Assembly (NCBI RefSeq): GCF_052425735.1
Contig: NC_135763.1
Coordinates: 14,508,001 to 14,572,000, forward strand
Source of the DNA: Oculina patagonica
Lineage: Eukaryota
Direction of reading: 5' to 3'
Length of the DNA stretch: 64,000 nt
Position numbers and translations under genes: made by a program. The notes beneath the pieces were generated by a model. That model made no database searches, was not told the DNA's origin, and saw nothing but the letters and a program-made list of their open reading frames with translations. This document shows, piece after piece, positions 45,032 through 57,183 of the stretch. The number at the start of each line of letters is the position of its first letter. The first letter of the stretch is position 1.

Positions 45032-48000
45032 TGTGAAGCTAAAACAGACATTAAGAAGCAATGAACAAAGTTGATTCGACGCAAAATTGAGCTGGAAACC
45101 CTCGATGCCAGATATTTGTATTTGAAAACAACAACTCGATATCGGCGCATGCGTGTACTCCTTCTATAATTTCGCGCCACGTTGGAATAAATACTCATTA
45201 TGCGATTTTTTTTTCAGCTGAAAATAAAACATCCGATCTCTTCCTGCGTTGTCGATAGAGACCTATGCGTCCATCACCTAATCCCGGATTAAGCAACTTT
45301 GCTAAACAAGGAACGCGATAAACAATTGCTTAGACATTACAACCGGACATTTGAGCACGCGACCTGTGAGAGTGTTTAGAGAGAATAAACTGCTAAACTC
45401 GCGTAGATACAATAAAAAGATTAATAATGAGATTCACAGCTGAATAATTTTATATACATACACTAATCCTGGGTAGAAGGTCCTATAATGATCGCAGCGT
45501 CCAGAAAATACTGTATCTTCCAGGATAGCTAAAGAATCTTGCACGCGAATTAATTCCAAATCGGATCAGCTCACACGAAGACCTCGTGTTATAGCTCCGG
45601 AATGGGACCCCATACCGTGCAAGACAAAATAGTTCGAGAAATTTGTGTAACAATACAAATTTTCCGCGTGTATTCTTGAATGAAGCACGGTCTTTCTTTC
45701 TTTTAACTAGAAAAAAAAAACGGTGTACCGCAGAATCAAGATTGCTGAAACAAAAGATCTTTCTTCCAGACGACAGAACTATCCGGCTGACCCGTTGGAA
45801 AGGCGTAGGGCAACCAGGGTATTTTTTTATGTCGGCCGGGATTAAGCACAAAACGGAACAGTCAGGACACCAGTTTAAAAGATTGCCTTCTTTCTTTGAA
45901 TTAAAAATTGTATTGTTAGGCAAACGAAATTCTATAAAGCGGAGTGACTTGATTTATTGTTGGTGAAAACTGAATAGTGAAATTTTTGTCAATTCGTTCG
46001 ATTGATGGGCAACACAATGGAAAACTTTGTTTTTGGTACCTAACTCAAAAGCGGGTAAATTAGACACTTGCAAAAATGGAAATGTCTCCGGAAGTACAGA
46101 TTATATTTAATTATCACGTCCAACTTTTGTGTTGTAAAATTCTAATTACTGTCGGAATCAAAGTGACTGTCTATTTTTATGACCTATACTATGCAAATAT
46201 ACAGGTCGCTCTCAAATTTTGGAATTGTTCCATTTTTAGGCGCTTTCAGCCCGCAGTCAGGGGTGTTTAGAAAAAACTTAGAGGTGGTGTTTATTAGTGA
46301 AAATAATTCATAGTAATTGTTTATGGGACTGTGTGAGTTGCGCGCCCAAACGGCCACTGGAGTGTTATCACGCCCTCTTCCAGGTTCAAAGTGTAGACAC
46401 TTTGAACTCTTCTTAAGAGTTTCCGTACATTTCTTGTAACGTTAAATAGTTTTCAGAAATTAATGGTAGATCAAGACATTATTGCCTTAATTGCGTGGTT
46501 TTCTAAGTGAGTCACAAGAAAATGCTTTCTTCACAAAACTGTTCGCCATTGTGTTAGCTCAATCGGATAGTTTTTATAGTAGATTTCAATAAGGCCGCGT
46601 GTGTTCTTGTTTACAGGTGCTATAACTGAGAACTTGTCGACCGAAATAAATTGTCAATTGCTCATGGCAGGCTATTTCAGAAAACAAATTTGTTTATCAG
46701 TTTGACGGATAATCCAAATATCAGAAAACCGGTGGAAAACGGGAAATAAAAACTTAAAAGCGATCTATTTGAGTCATATTTTAATATGAAAAACCAAAAA
46801 CGCGACAAAAACGCGTCAAAAACCAAAAACCAAATATGAAAAACCAAACGCGACATTTACCGTGGCCAGACTGTATTTTCTTTGGTGCCCTTAATGAAAA
46901 ATTAAACAATTGCAACTGAAGAGGCGGGAGAAAAATATATCGGTTGAAAATTGAGAAGTGACCGAGAAATACTCCACTCAAAAGAGATCGGAAAGAAAGG
47001 AATAATTTCACACAAAAAATCGACTGAAAATGTCTAATGAATCGGCCATATCGTTAATTGTAAGATTAGGATTTTAGTCATAACATTAAACAAACTCCGT
47101 TAAACGTTATATCGGTTAATTTCTAACTGTAGTTTGTACGTTTTGAATCAAATTGTGTCCACGTTTATGTAGATACGACGAATTGTAAGTATTCAGACAC
47201 TATATATTAAATAAGCCGTTTTATGCACCGCTTTTTCAATGAACAAATCGGTGATACAATTACTAAAATTTCGAAAAATTGGAGCGCGTCTAACAAGAAA
47301 TTACAACTTGTACCCGTTAAATACATCGATTATAGTTTATAAGATCAAATGATAACATAGTTATTTTTCTTATTGTTCTGTAATCCGCCTTCTCACCTGA
47401 AGACCTCCATGACACAATCTTTTGTTTTGGTTTACCGCGTCTTCTGTTCTTGTTACTGCTAACAACTGACCTACACTTGGGTCAAGGGGAGAAATCTTGT
47501 AAGTGAATCGACGCATATAAAAAGTGGCTAACAAAAGAGCAAGTTCCTGTGCATTCCCTTGAAAATCATTGGTTCAAATAGATAAGGTGAATGCCTTTTG
47601 GCACCAGTAAGTAAATAGAACGACATACATTATAAAAACTAATATACAATTGGTAGAGCGAACTCACACATTGAAGAGTTTTGTGCTAAGCTTTTCAACA
47701 ACGCTTGCCGTGAGCCAGACAAAGATTTAGCGCCCTCCTTCAAATAAGAGCCTCCCTTTCAATGTGTATTTGCTACTGAATAAGCGTTCCTGTTCTAATA
47801 AGCACCCCTCCTAATAAGCGCCTCAAGCTCTATTCTATTCAGTAAGCGCCCCTATTCTGTTTCAATTACAGCAACATCAGAGTACAATTTGAACTGCTCA
47901 CAACATTACTGCATTACAAAAAAAAAAACTGGTCTTCTAAGTGGCTCGACTGTTATTTGTATGCGAGGGCACAATTCCTTTAAACGAAAGATATATCCTG

Positions 48001-49074
48001 CGTTTTACACATTCAGGGTTTATGGACCGGGAAAAATGAGCGGTTCGGTCTTTATGGGAACCATGTCTCCAATTAGCGCGCGTACCCCCTTACGTCCCCG
48101 GCCCACAAAGCAAAATAAGCGCTCCGTGCGTTAAATCAAATTGTTATACGGAGTATTCGCATTGCGGAACTGCTAGAACAGCAAACATATGAACAGTTTC
48201 AATTTATCCGCTTTCCAATCCCTCCGCGCAGTGCGAAACAATGCATATGCTAGAAGGCTAAAATAAGAAAAAATTATTTGCGCAGCTAACGAGCTTTCTT
48301 ATTTAAAAAAAAAAACTGAAAGCAGGAAGCAGCGACATATATTTCCCTTCACAGTTCGGCTTTCGAACAAATGGAATAGTAATTAATGTAACAACTTGTT
48401 TTGTCTGAAGTGAAACCGTTTCAGAAAGACTACAACACTAAACTCACTCATTAAAAATAGCGCAACCTGGGAACGAACCTAACTTGACTCTGATCCCGCA
48501 CGCACGCTGCGTCATAAACGCTTATTGTGACGTCAAATTTTCACTTTGCTCTTTTTCGCGGGACGAACAAGTTGTGCGTTCATCGTGAGAAGAAAAATTT
48601 TTTTTTTTTTTTTTTTGGGCGTGTTTTTTTTTTTTTTTTTTTTTTTTTCTGAGATTTTTTCGTGTTTTCAAACTATTTTCATTTTTCTTTTTTTCGCGCT
48701 CAAAAATTTTACCCGAAAACCTGAAAAATGCATTATTTCCATTATGAACATTTGCTGTTACAAACAAGTCATACAACTTCTATTCACTAAAAGCAGAAAA
48801 GAAATTGAAACCAGTCTAAGAAAGAGATCGTGTTCACTGATGGGAAATTTGTCAAACAAAAGTTGTTCCCAGTATTTCGGAAAACCAGACAACTGCGGTT
48901 GTCATGGATATCTTGTTGGGGCTAAGCGCGCGCGAGCGTTTTCTTTTTTGCTGTAAGCGCGCACTTGGACGGTTACCATTGAGTGAACTTCTCTCCCGAA
49001 GTTATAGTTTTTCTTTGAAATGGTGCCCTTTTTATTTGCCTTTCTAAACATTGCACAAGTAACTGTTATACATT

Positions 49075-51277
49075 ATGTTACATTTTGTTTTCGTCTTCAT
49101 TTTGGGTTCTTAAACGTCTACATCAAGAAAAAGAGGTAATTTTTTAAATCAGAATGCATAACGTAACCATTTTATTGCAGAAACTCTCAAACCTGTTGAG
49201 AAGCCAGACTTCTTCTTTAAGGATTTTACCCATGGTACGAAAATTAGTGGAAGCTGGGTTGACCAGGAATATGTGGTTAAGATGAAAATTGAATCTATTA
49301 AACTAGACATGAAGCTGGTTTTTGAATTCACTGAGGACAGAGGCTCGGCAAATGTCAATAGCACACCCAATGATAACAGGACATCCAAACATGGCAAGGT
49401 ATTAAACATTTACGTGATCGTAGCAAGGTATTTAATATTCTCCACCGTGTAACTGTAATACATTTGACGTCAAGTTTAAATAATATAGTCAGTTTATTTT
49501 AATTTAAAGATTCATGCGTGAGAGCAGAACTTTTATCTACCCTTATTTCCTTTTTTTTGCCTGTAATGTACCAGTCGTTTTGTGTTTTGGGGGGGTGGGG
49601 GGGGGGGGCGGATTTTCTCGTTCATCTCTCCTTTTATTATTGTCAGATCCACAGGTTCAAAGAATCCACTGAATATCCCCAAAATACCACATGCCGCGTT
49701 CACGAAACATTCCAACTCGGATCTCCAAGCTTGCTGACGAGAGTCTGGGACTTTACAGTGGCAACCGCAAAACAGACATGGACCAAATGTTACGAAATCA
49801 CAGTGGCAACGTTTAATGGAATTTGGAACGGAATTATATGGATGACCGAGTCGACCTGTCAGAAAGTTACCTGGATGGCCAATAAGGCATGGAATGGAGT
49901 AAGATGGTTGGTTGGTAAGGTTTGCAAGGGATTTGCATGGATGGCTGATAAGGCCTGGAACGGGTTAACCTGGATTGTCGAGCGGATCTGTAAAGGGGTC
50001 TCGTGGATGGTAGACTGGATTTCACATGCCCTTATATGGATGTCCGAGAAAATATGGAATGGACTGGCATGGATTGGAAAACTGTTTCTCCCTGGCAACT
50101 ACGTGACTGATGCTTTAAACAAGTTTTATTATGGATATCTGGACAGTAAGTGTAGAGCCTGTTCGTATAGTCTTTAGATTCAGATCGTCGTGATGATAAA
50201 TTTAAACGCGGGAGCACGCGCTCCTGACTAACATTAATGGAATGGCATTGAGAAATCACCTTACAGTAAAATATCACTACAGAGTCAAACAGGGTAAATT
50301 GTTGCTTTGAATGAAAAAGAAATAGGAGGACTGATTGTCTTCTTATGTCGACAGAACTTGTCAATGAAGTGTGCTTTCTTTGAAATGATGGTTATTTCGA
50401 AACAACATGGCGCGTTTTTCACAACTGGAAAACATTTAAAACACGCCCCTTTATATTGAGTGCATCTCGTTTTGATTTTCCTCTGTTTTGTACTGTTGTC
50501 TTTTCCTTTCAATTATTTTGTTTGTTTATTCCAACAGAGCACGTAAAACATGTTCAGGCTCTCATTGCTGCCTCGACCTGGAAAGATTTCTTTTACATGA
50601 TGTCCTCTGTTGTTGTTGTGAATGTTGCTCTCCTTGTCATTTACCTGTTGGTTAAATGCACAGTGAACTTCATTCGACGATTATGGTGAGTTGTGTAATA
50701 GTCCCTTATTGTCTCGTTACCAGTTTCTAGTCTTAAAATCGGTATGGTGACGTCAGAGCTTCGTCGAGTTCTCCTAAGTCGTTCTCCAAAGACCTCAAAA
50801 ATTACAGAGTAAAAAGAAACATCTGGCATCTTTTCGAAATCTTTAAGATCATGAAGAAAGCACGGGTTCTCTGAATTACTGCTAACCAGAAGAAAAGTGT
50901 GGAATAGCCACAATCGCCAAAATTCTCCAATTTCTGGAAATGATCTTGCAGACGTTTGATACTTTGTGGAACATTATGAGCGAAGCCCCGGTCTCATGAG
51001 TGTAGAGGGACGTTGGTTAAATCACAGCTCCTTTTGTGAGTTTATTCTTGCTTGTGAAAATCTTAAACACAAATCTATCGGGCTCTAAGAACAGTAAACA
51101 GATCAGAATCTTTTTGCTTTTATTAAAACTTACTTATTTCCTGTTTTTTGTTGTTGTTGCAGGCAAGCTCGCAAAGACAGGATAGCTGCTGCCAATTTAC
51201 CGCCTGCTACAAAGAAACCAATATGGCGACCAAAGCCAAAGAAAAAACACAAGAATAAGAACAAGAATAAATGGTAG
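49075..51277 (+). CDS. Orphan membrane protein with Trp-periodic 11/22-aa amphipathic repeats, one TM helix and a Lys-rich tail; exons 49075-49135 (uncertain, contains TAA), 49181-49398, 49647-50145, 50538-50685, 51163-51277
   Basis: Exons 2-5 have canonical GT-AG sites and matching phases; TAG at 51275-51277 and aataaa near 51319. The start is either 49075 (needs TAA 49111 bypassed or to be an error) or an internal ATG near 49282. Confidence 0.7.
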
Positions 51278-52658
51278 TGGCCACGATTCATTTGAACTGT
51301 TCACTTTTTTGGTCTGGAAATAAAGCTTTCTGAATTTCTCTGTTAACAATGATGTTCAAAGTTCTTTAAAGAAAAAGGAGGTTACACACTGTAACAGAGT
51401 TACTCACTGATTTGGTTGTTAATCTGTTAATAAAGATGGTTGAATTTTTATCTGTTGTCTGGTCGTTTAGCATACAAACTTATTAACCCATGTTCACTTC
51501 TTACGTTACCTTGATTCCTTTATTTTTCTTGGGGGTGAGGATGGCGCGGTTGGTCGGGGGGGGGGAGGTGTGTGTGTTTGGCGGGGAGGGGGGGCAGGGA
51601 GTACACGGGTGTCCATACTTCCAGCAGCGTTGCATCTCGTCACAAGGCGATTCACAATGCACAAAAATTAAACCGAGTTCTTAAGCATTATCATGACACT
51701 TCAAACCCAAGTCAATGTACCATTTCTCCTTACTAGTTCTACACTCATTTCTTATAGCACCGATTAGGAGAATTTGTCAAAACATCACTGTGGTAACCTG
51801 TGCCTTTATTTTTATTAATAATTATAACCTGTGTTGTTCGTTTTCATGGCTATTTGTTTCTACTTTCCAAAAACACTGATGATAAGACGAGAGTAACAAA
51901 TACACAGAACATCTGAACTACAAGCCTTCATTCAGTAACGTATTCAAACTTGCATACAAGGTGGCAGCCCTCTACCAAACTGGAAAAATTTTTCAACACA
52001 TTTCGCATTACGTTTTTGTTGAAAGGGTGGGTAGTCTCCGAGTCTGCCTCTGGTTTTAAATTAGGAAGAAAACGTCGAGAAAAATAGTCTGCTTTCAGTG
52101 TTACAATATTAAAAACTGTGTGTGAAGTTAACAACTTTAGTGATACAACTAACTACCAAGATTGCTCATGGCTATGTGTGGGTTACACTTCGTGTAAACC
52201 CACACAAAAATATCTAAGATCTCTTGTCCGAATTGTTTCTAATAGTTTCTAATAGAAGAACAACTAAGAGTTGACGAAATACGAAGAATCAATCTGTTCA
52301 CATTGTTAAAACTTCAATTTACCTGGAAAATCACCCAGGCATATTACAATCTACCGATCACAATCAGTCTGTTGTTCATTCAGGGAAAAACATTCTTTTC
52401 TGACAGTTTCATGCACAGCATGGAGATTGCACAGCACAGAATGATGACCAGTCTTAATAACTTTTAGACTGAACTTAAAAAAAGGAAACTGTGCAGTGTA
52501 GAAAAAGTGTCAATCTTATATTAAAGTGGCATAAAATGTGGATAGATAGTAATAAAATCAATATGGCTGTGAATTGCATAGATCTTCAATAAAAAATGAC
52601 TTTGAATTACAAATTATACTACAATACAAGCAGTTCTGAATGTATCTTGTGGATTCTG

Positions 52659-54925
52659 TCAGAGATCTCGAATATCTCTATGGGCTTTTGGCACCCTTAC
52701 GGTTATCCCTTCAAAGTTCTTAGCAACAATGATTTGACATCCAAGGCGAGACCTGTGGGCCACAATAGAAAAAACAAATTGTTTGAAGACAAGAAACATA
52801 GGTGTTTTCATGATAGTACAATGTAAATACAAGATTTCATGATAGTTTGCTTGAAAGTATTGAAAATTCAATTAAAAAATGTCAATCACTCTTGGAAGCG
52901 TAAAAAAGACATTTGTTTACCTTGGTAACTGATTTAGCACAAGAGCTAATGGGGCCGAGAATTCAAAAAATAGAAAAAAATATTACAAATTAAACAGGAG
53001 GTGAACCAGTTGCCCATCTACAAACATGGCTGAGGAGTTAAACTTGGGTTAACTGTAAAACAAATCCAGGAAGTGGTCAAAATGGGACTAAACCCTGGGA
53101 CCTCCAGATTTAAAAACTTTAAGCTAAAATGCTATGTAGGTTGACTTACGTGTCTTCCAGTCCATAAGCCAAGTCCAACATGTCAAGTTCCTCATCTGAT
53201 GGCTCATCCAAGTTCAGTGTCTCCATTTCATCAGGTTTAAATATAAGATGACAGGTGGAGCAAGACAGGGTACCTTCACAAGCACCTAGAATGAACAAAG
53301 TACACTGCTCAGTTTATAGAAAATAAAAAACAGATTTCAAATGTTTTTACAGTCTATCCTCACCTCATGAACACCCCATAATAAGGAGACTTCCCTACTA
53401 ATATGGAAAATTCACTTGGTCCGAAATACGCAAAACTGCATTCTAACTATACATTTTTCATATGGTAAAAAGGTAAAGTCTGTGTCCGAGCCATGAGGCT
53501 CATACAGCCGAGGCTTATCCCGATTTCCGTAGCATTAAGCGACTAGGAGTATTGCTACTCCCCCCTGGATGGGATGCTAGTCCATCGCAGGATTACCCCC
53601 CAGCAGTAAATTCGCCGGTACCCATTTATACACCTGGGTGGAGAGAGGCACTGTGAGAGTAAAGTGTCTTGCCCAAAAACACAACGTAGTGCCCTGGCCA
53701 GGCCTCAAACCCGGGCCGTTTGACTTGGAGTCGAGCGTGCTAACCATTAGGCCACCTTCATATGGATCCCTCTATAATTCAGACACTCTTCCCTGTCCCT
53801 ATGGTGTCAGTCTTAAGAAGTTTGACTGCACAGTCAAACCTCTATTACTCATTGTTGCCTGGAGGTTTAATTGGGGAAAACACATTTTAAAGGAATTTTT
53901 GACATTTCATGTTAAGTTACTAGCTAAACTAGATTAAAACTTCTCAAAACAGCATTTACAACACAAAAGCCCACTTTAAATTCCACTATTATCACATAAA
54001 TGAAATAAATGTTTTTATTACTTTATCGTACACCATTTTATTGTACACAGTTTTAGTCATTTTACATTTCTACCTGAATAAGTTTACAGCAGTAACTGAA
54101 ACATCCTATCATAGCTTTTTAAAGCCAGTGCAATTTGTAACCCCATATTTAACTATACCTGGCTACTTATCAAATACTTTTAATAGGTGTTTGACTTACA
54201 TGTACAGTACACATATATGACTCATGTGTAATAATGGGAAATAGATCGCTAGGACTAAGAGAAGCATATTTGTTTGTGATGTAAGGCCAAGTGACAGCTC
54301 CTAGAAACATCAGTGGGAGCATATTTACTATGGTGGGAGTAAGCAAGTAAGAGGCTTTACTTGAGTGTCAATATACCGTCGCTTGCATCTAAGCGTGAAC
54401 ACGTGCCGCCGAAACATGATCTAATTGGGTATAAATGGATGTTTGGTGTGGGTTCAAATGTTTGATGACCAAACATGCCACGTTTGATACCCAATTAGAT
54501 CATGTTTCGGTGGCACGTGTTCACGCTTAGATGCAAGTGACGGTACCTCTAGTGTGGTGAGTGAGTTTTTAGCGAGACCTGATCCTAATGCAGTGAAAAT
54601 TATGGTACAGCTGTACATGTACTTGTAAACTTGTATCTCATAAGTTTAGGGCTGTGTACTTACCTTCTAAATCTACATCATTGTCTTTTGCAACATCCAG
54701 TAAACTATCTCCAACTTTTGCATTCACTGTCATCTTGTCTCCATCTCGATCAATAAAATTTATTGTTACCCTGAAAAGAGAAGTGACAAAACAATTCTGG
54801 AATACCCTCTCATGTCATCTCATTTCACCCTTCTCATCTTTACGTCCACAGAAGATACAGGGTAGCAAAAGGTTTTTTTCCGTGATACGTGAAAATTGCA
54901 AAAATTAGACCATGATTTCAAGTTG

Positions 54926-54963
<38 letters not shown>

Positions 54964-55868
54964 TTTATTCAGCTCATACTAAAGTGAAAACAGGGCACAA
55001 AGTTTACTGTGATGTGTGAAATGAGCTGGAAAAGACATGTGATTCTGGAATACTGCTGTTTCAAGTAGTAGGTGACATGTAAATTTGGTTCAAATTTGTG
55101 GGTGAAACGGAATCATGCCCCCCCCCCCCCTTACCCTTTGCTATCCTCAAGATACCCAAGACTTTACCACCACCACCTCTAATAAAAAAACCCACACCAA
55201 CATTATTTCAGAAGCAAATAAACAGACCTACAATGCTTGCAGCCCATAGTAAACATCCCATCTATCTCCAGCTGAACAGAAACTTCATTTGTTATTTTTG
55301 CAACCAGTCCGGTACGGTTAAAAAACTGGACCTGCAAAACAGCAGATCCAGTTTTGGATCCATTCCGGACTGGCTCCTTGTAAACAAATGGCCTGTATTC
55401 GGCCCGGATCCATTTAGATCCGTTTGAAACCAGTCCCGTGTAAAGCTTAATACATAAGCTTACTTTTATTTCACCACTAGCCCGGCGTCAGGAGGTCAGG
55501 TACAATTTTCGCCGAACAAGTAAGCTGGTGGAAGCTTATATGTCAAATGTCAAGAATTCATTGTCGAATTTTACCGTGAAAGGGTCCCTAGATTTCAAAT
55601 CCTTGAAACAACATTGGTATAATATATTTGGAAATTATATATTTAGCTATTACACAACACAAACAAATTTGTGCGGACGCAACAAAAATGCGTTTCAGAC
55701 TTACATTTCCCTTTTCTCCTTCGCTTTTGACGAAGATGTCCCAGTCATCCGTAAACAGACATTCTTCGGTACAAATACTGATGTGGTTCTTGGTGTTAAC
55801 GCCAACGAATTGTGTTTTAAAGGTATTGCTATTTGTGAACAAAACTTGCGTAAGAAACGAGCGGCCAT
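52659..55868 (-). CDS. FDX1: Mitochondrial [2Fe-2S] ferredoxin (adrenodoxin), exons 55868-55705, 54770-54664, 53285-53150, 52752-52659
   Basis: Transit peptide [12 protein letters not shown]..; [56 protein letters not shown]. All four Fe-S cysteines present; GTL and LAYGL favour FDX1 over FDX2. Confidence 0.93.
53466..53756 (-). mobile_element. Nin/Deu-type SINE in an FDX1 intron
   Basis: Reverse complement of the 8039 family; flanked by a ttcatatgg direct repeat. Confidence 0.85.
54376..54543. mobile_element. Hairpin MITE with TA TSD
   Basis: ccgtcgcttgcatctaagcgtgaacacgtgcc.ccgaaacatgatctaattgggtat is almost perfectly inverted at 54488-54543. Confidence 0.85.
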
Positions 55869-57183
55869 TTTGGACTGTATTTTCAGCGACTGAAAAGACC
55901 TGGGAATGAGTGTTTTGCATATTTGCCGCTGACCATAAATCTCATTTTCGGCACGGACCAACGGAGCGAACGGAACGGGCGCGGCAGTCAAGGTCGCATG
56001 AGTCAGCATCATAATTGTTGAACTATATTTGTACACATCACGAAGTGTAAAAAAATTAAAGTTAAAATACCAAAATTAAATGTCCAGAAAAATGTCTGGC
56101 TACAAAGGTGATGAACCAAGGACTCCTTATATATAGTGTTACACTGTTCTGACAGCCCTAATTTCGTTTTCTTTCGTTCGCCCCTGCCCCCCCCCCCCCC
56201 CTCCATATTGAGCTCCGTGCTTGCATGTACTTCACTCGTTATTTCCAAGGTAGGAGAGAGGCTGTGAACAGTGCATGAACTCCGCTTCCCGCCTCACCCC
56301 CGCATTCCCCGGTAGACTTCTGCATTCGATTGCCAAATTCCCGAGGAAACAGAGCGTTTGCCCCAAAAAACTCTCCTTCGGAATCCTACGGAACGGGTTT
56401 AAATCCACCTCAGTTTCGGAGTTGTGCAGCATTAAAAAAAAAGAAATGGAAGTCAATATAATCATCACTCTCTGGAAGGGCGAGTGGCCTACCTTGCACA
56501 CAAAAAAATATGTTGGGTTTTAAGAACTTTTAAGCGTAATGAAAACAGGTTATTGACTCAGGCAGGGGTGGAAGGGGAATTATGAATAATGAATAACGGG
56601 CTAAAACAGAAAATGAATAAGGAATATTTAAGGTTCAATGCTTGGAATAATGAATAAGTCATTTCCAGTAAAGGAATAATAAATAGTGCTTATTCACCGT
56701 GCTCAAACATTTATCTTTTTATCTTCAGGCCAAAGAGAAGGTGGGACCCTCAAAATAATTACCTTTAAGTGTTGTATGATGAGCATCTAAAATAGTGCAA
56801 AACTTCTACCAGAATTCCTAAAATGTATGACATCACATAATACTTCGACGTGATTGATTGATTCAACCGGACGAATTTACGAGAAAAGAGAAAGAGCACA
56901 CCGTCACGTCATTTTAATTCCTAGCCCCTACGGCAGAGTGTAACTTGTCATTGCAAATGTGTGGTTAAAGGTCTGTATATTTTGGTATCTTCTTTTTTTC
57001 TTTCTTTTCTTTTCTCTTCTTCTCTTTCGTTTTCCAATCCTCTTGAACCTCTTGTATCAGTTTCTATTTCCGGCCAGCTGCTAGCTCGCGCGGCTACCAA
57101 GCAGTGGAACGCCTACACATCCGGGAATGTTGAGTTGTTTTCAGTCGGTATAGTGTCATCGAGAGAGTTCGAAACGTTCGATC

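Noticed and set aside
45200-48400. Additional gene between DPY19L3 and the Trp-repeat gene
   Set aside because: ORFs 45483-45923 and 45643-45966 show no recognisable domains or consistent splice structure.
49740-50100. Prophage tape-measure gene or bacterial contamination
   Set aside because: The repeat lies in a GT-AG exon of a phase-consistent multi-exon gene among animal genes; no other phage genes are present.
56232-56501. 89-aa ORF with a hydrophobic start upstream of FDX1
   Set aside because: No recognisable motif, splice support or homology that I can identify.
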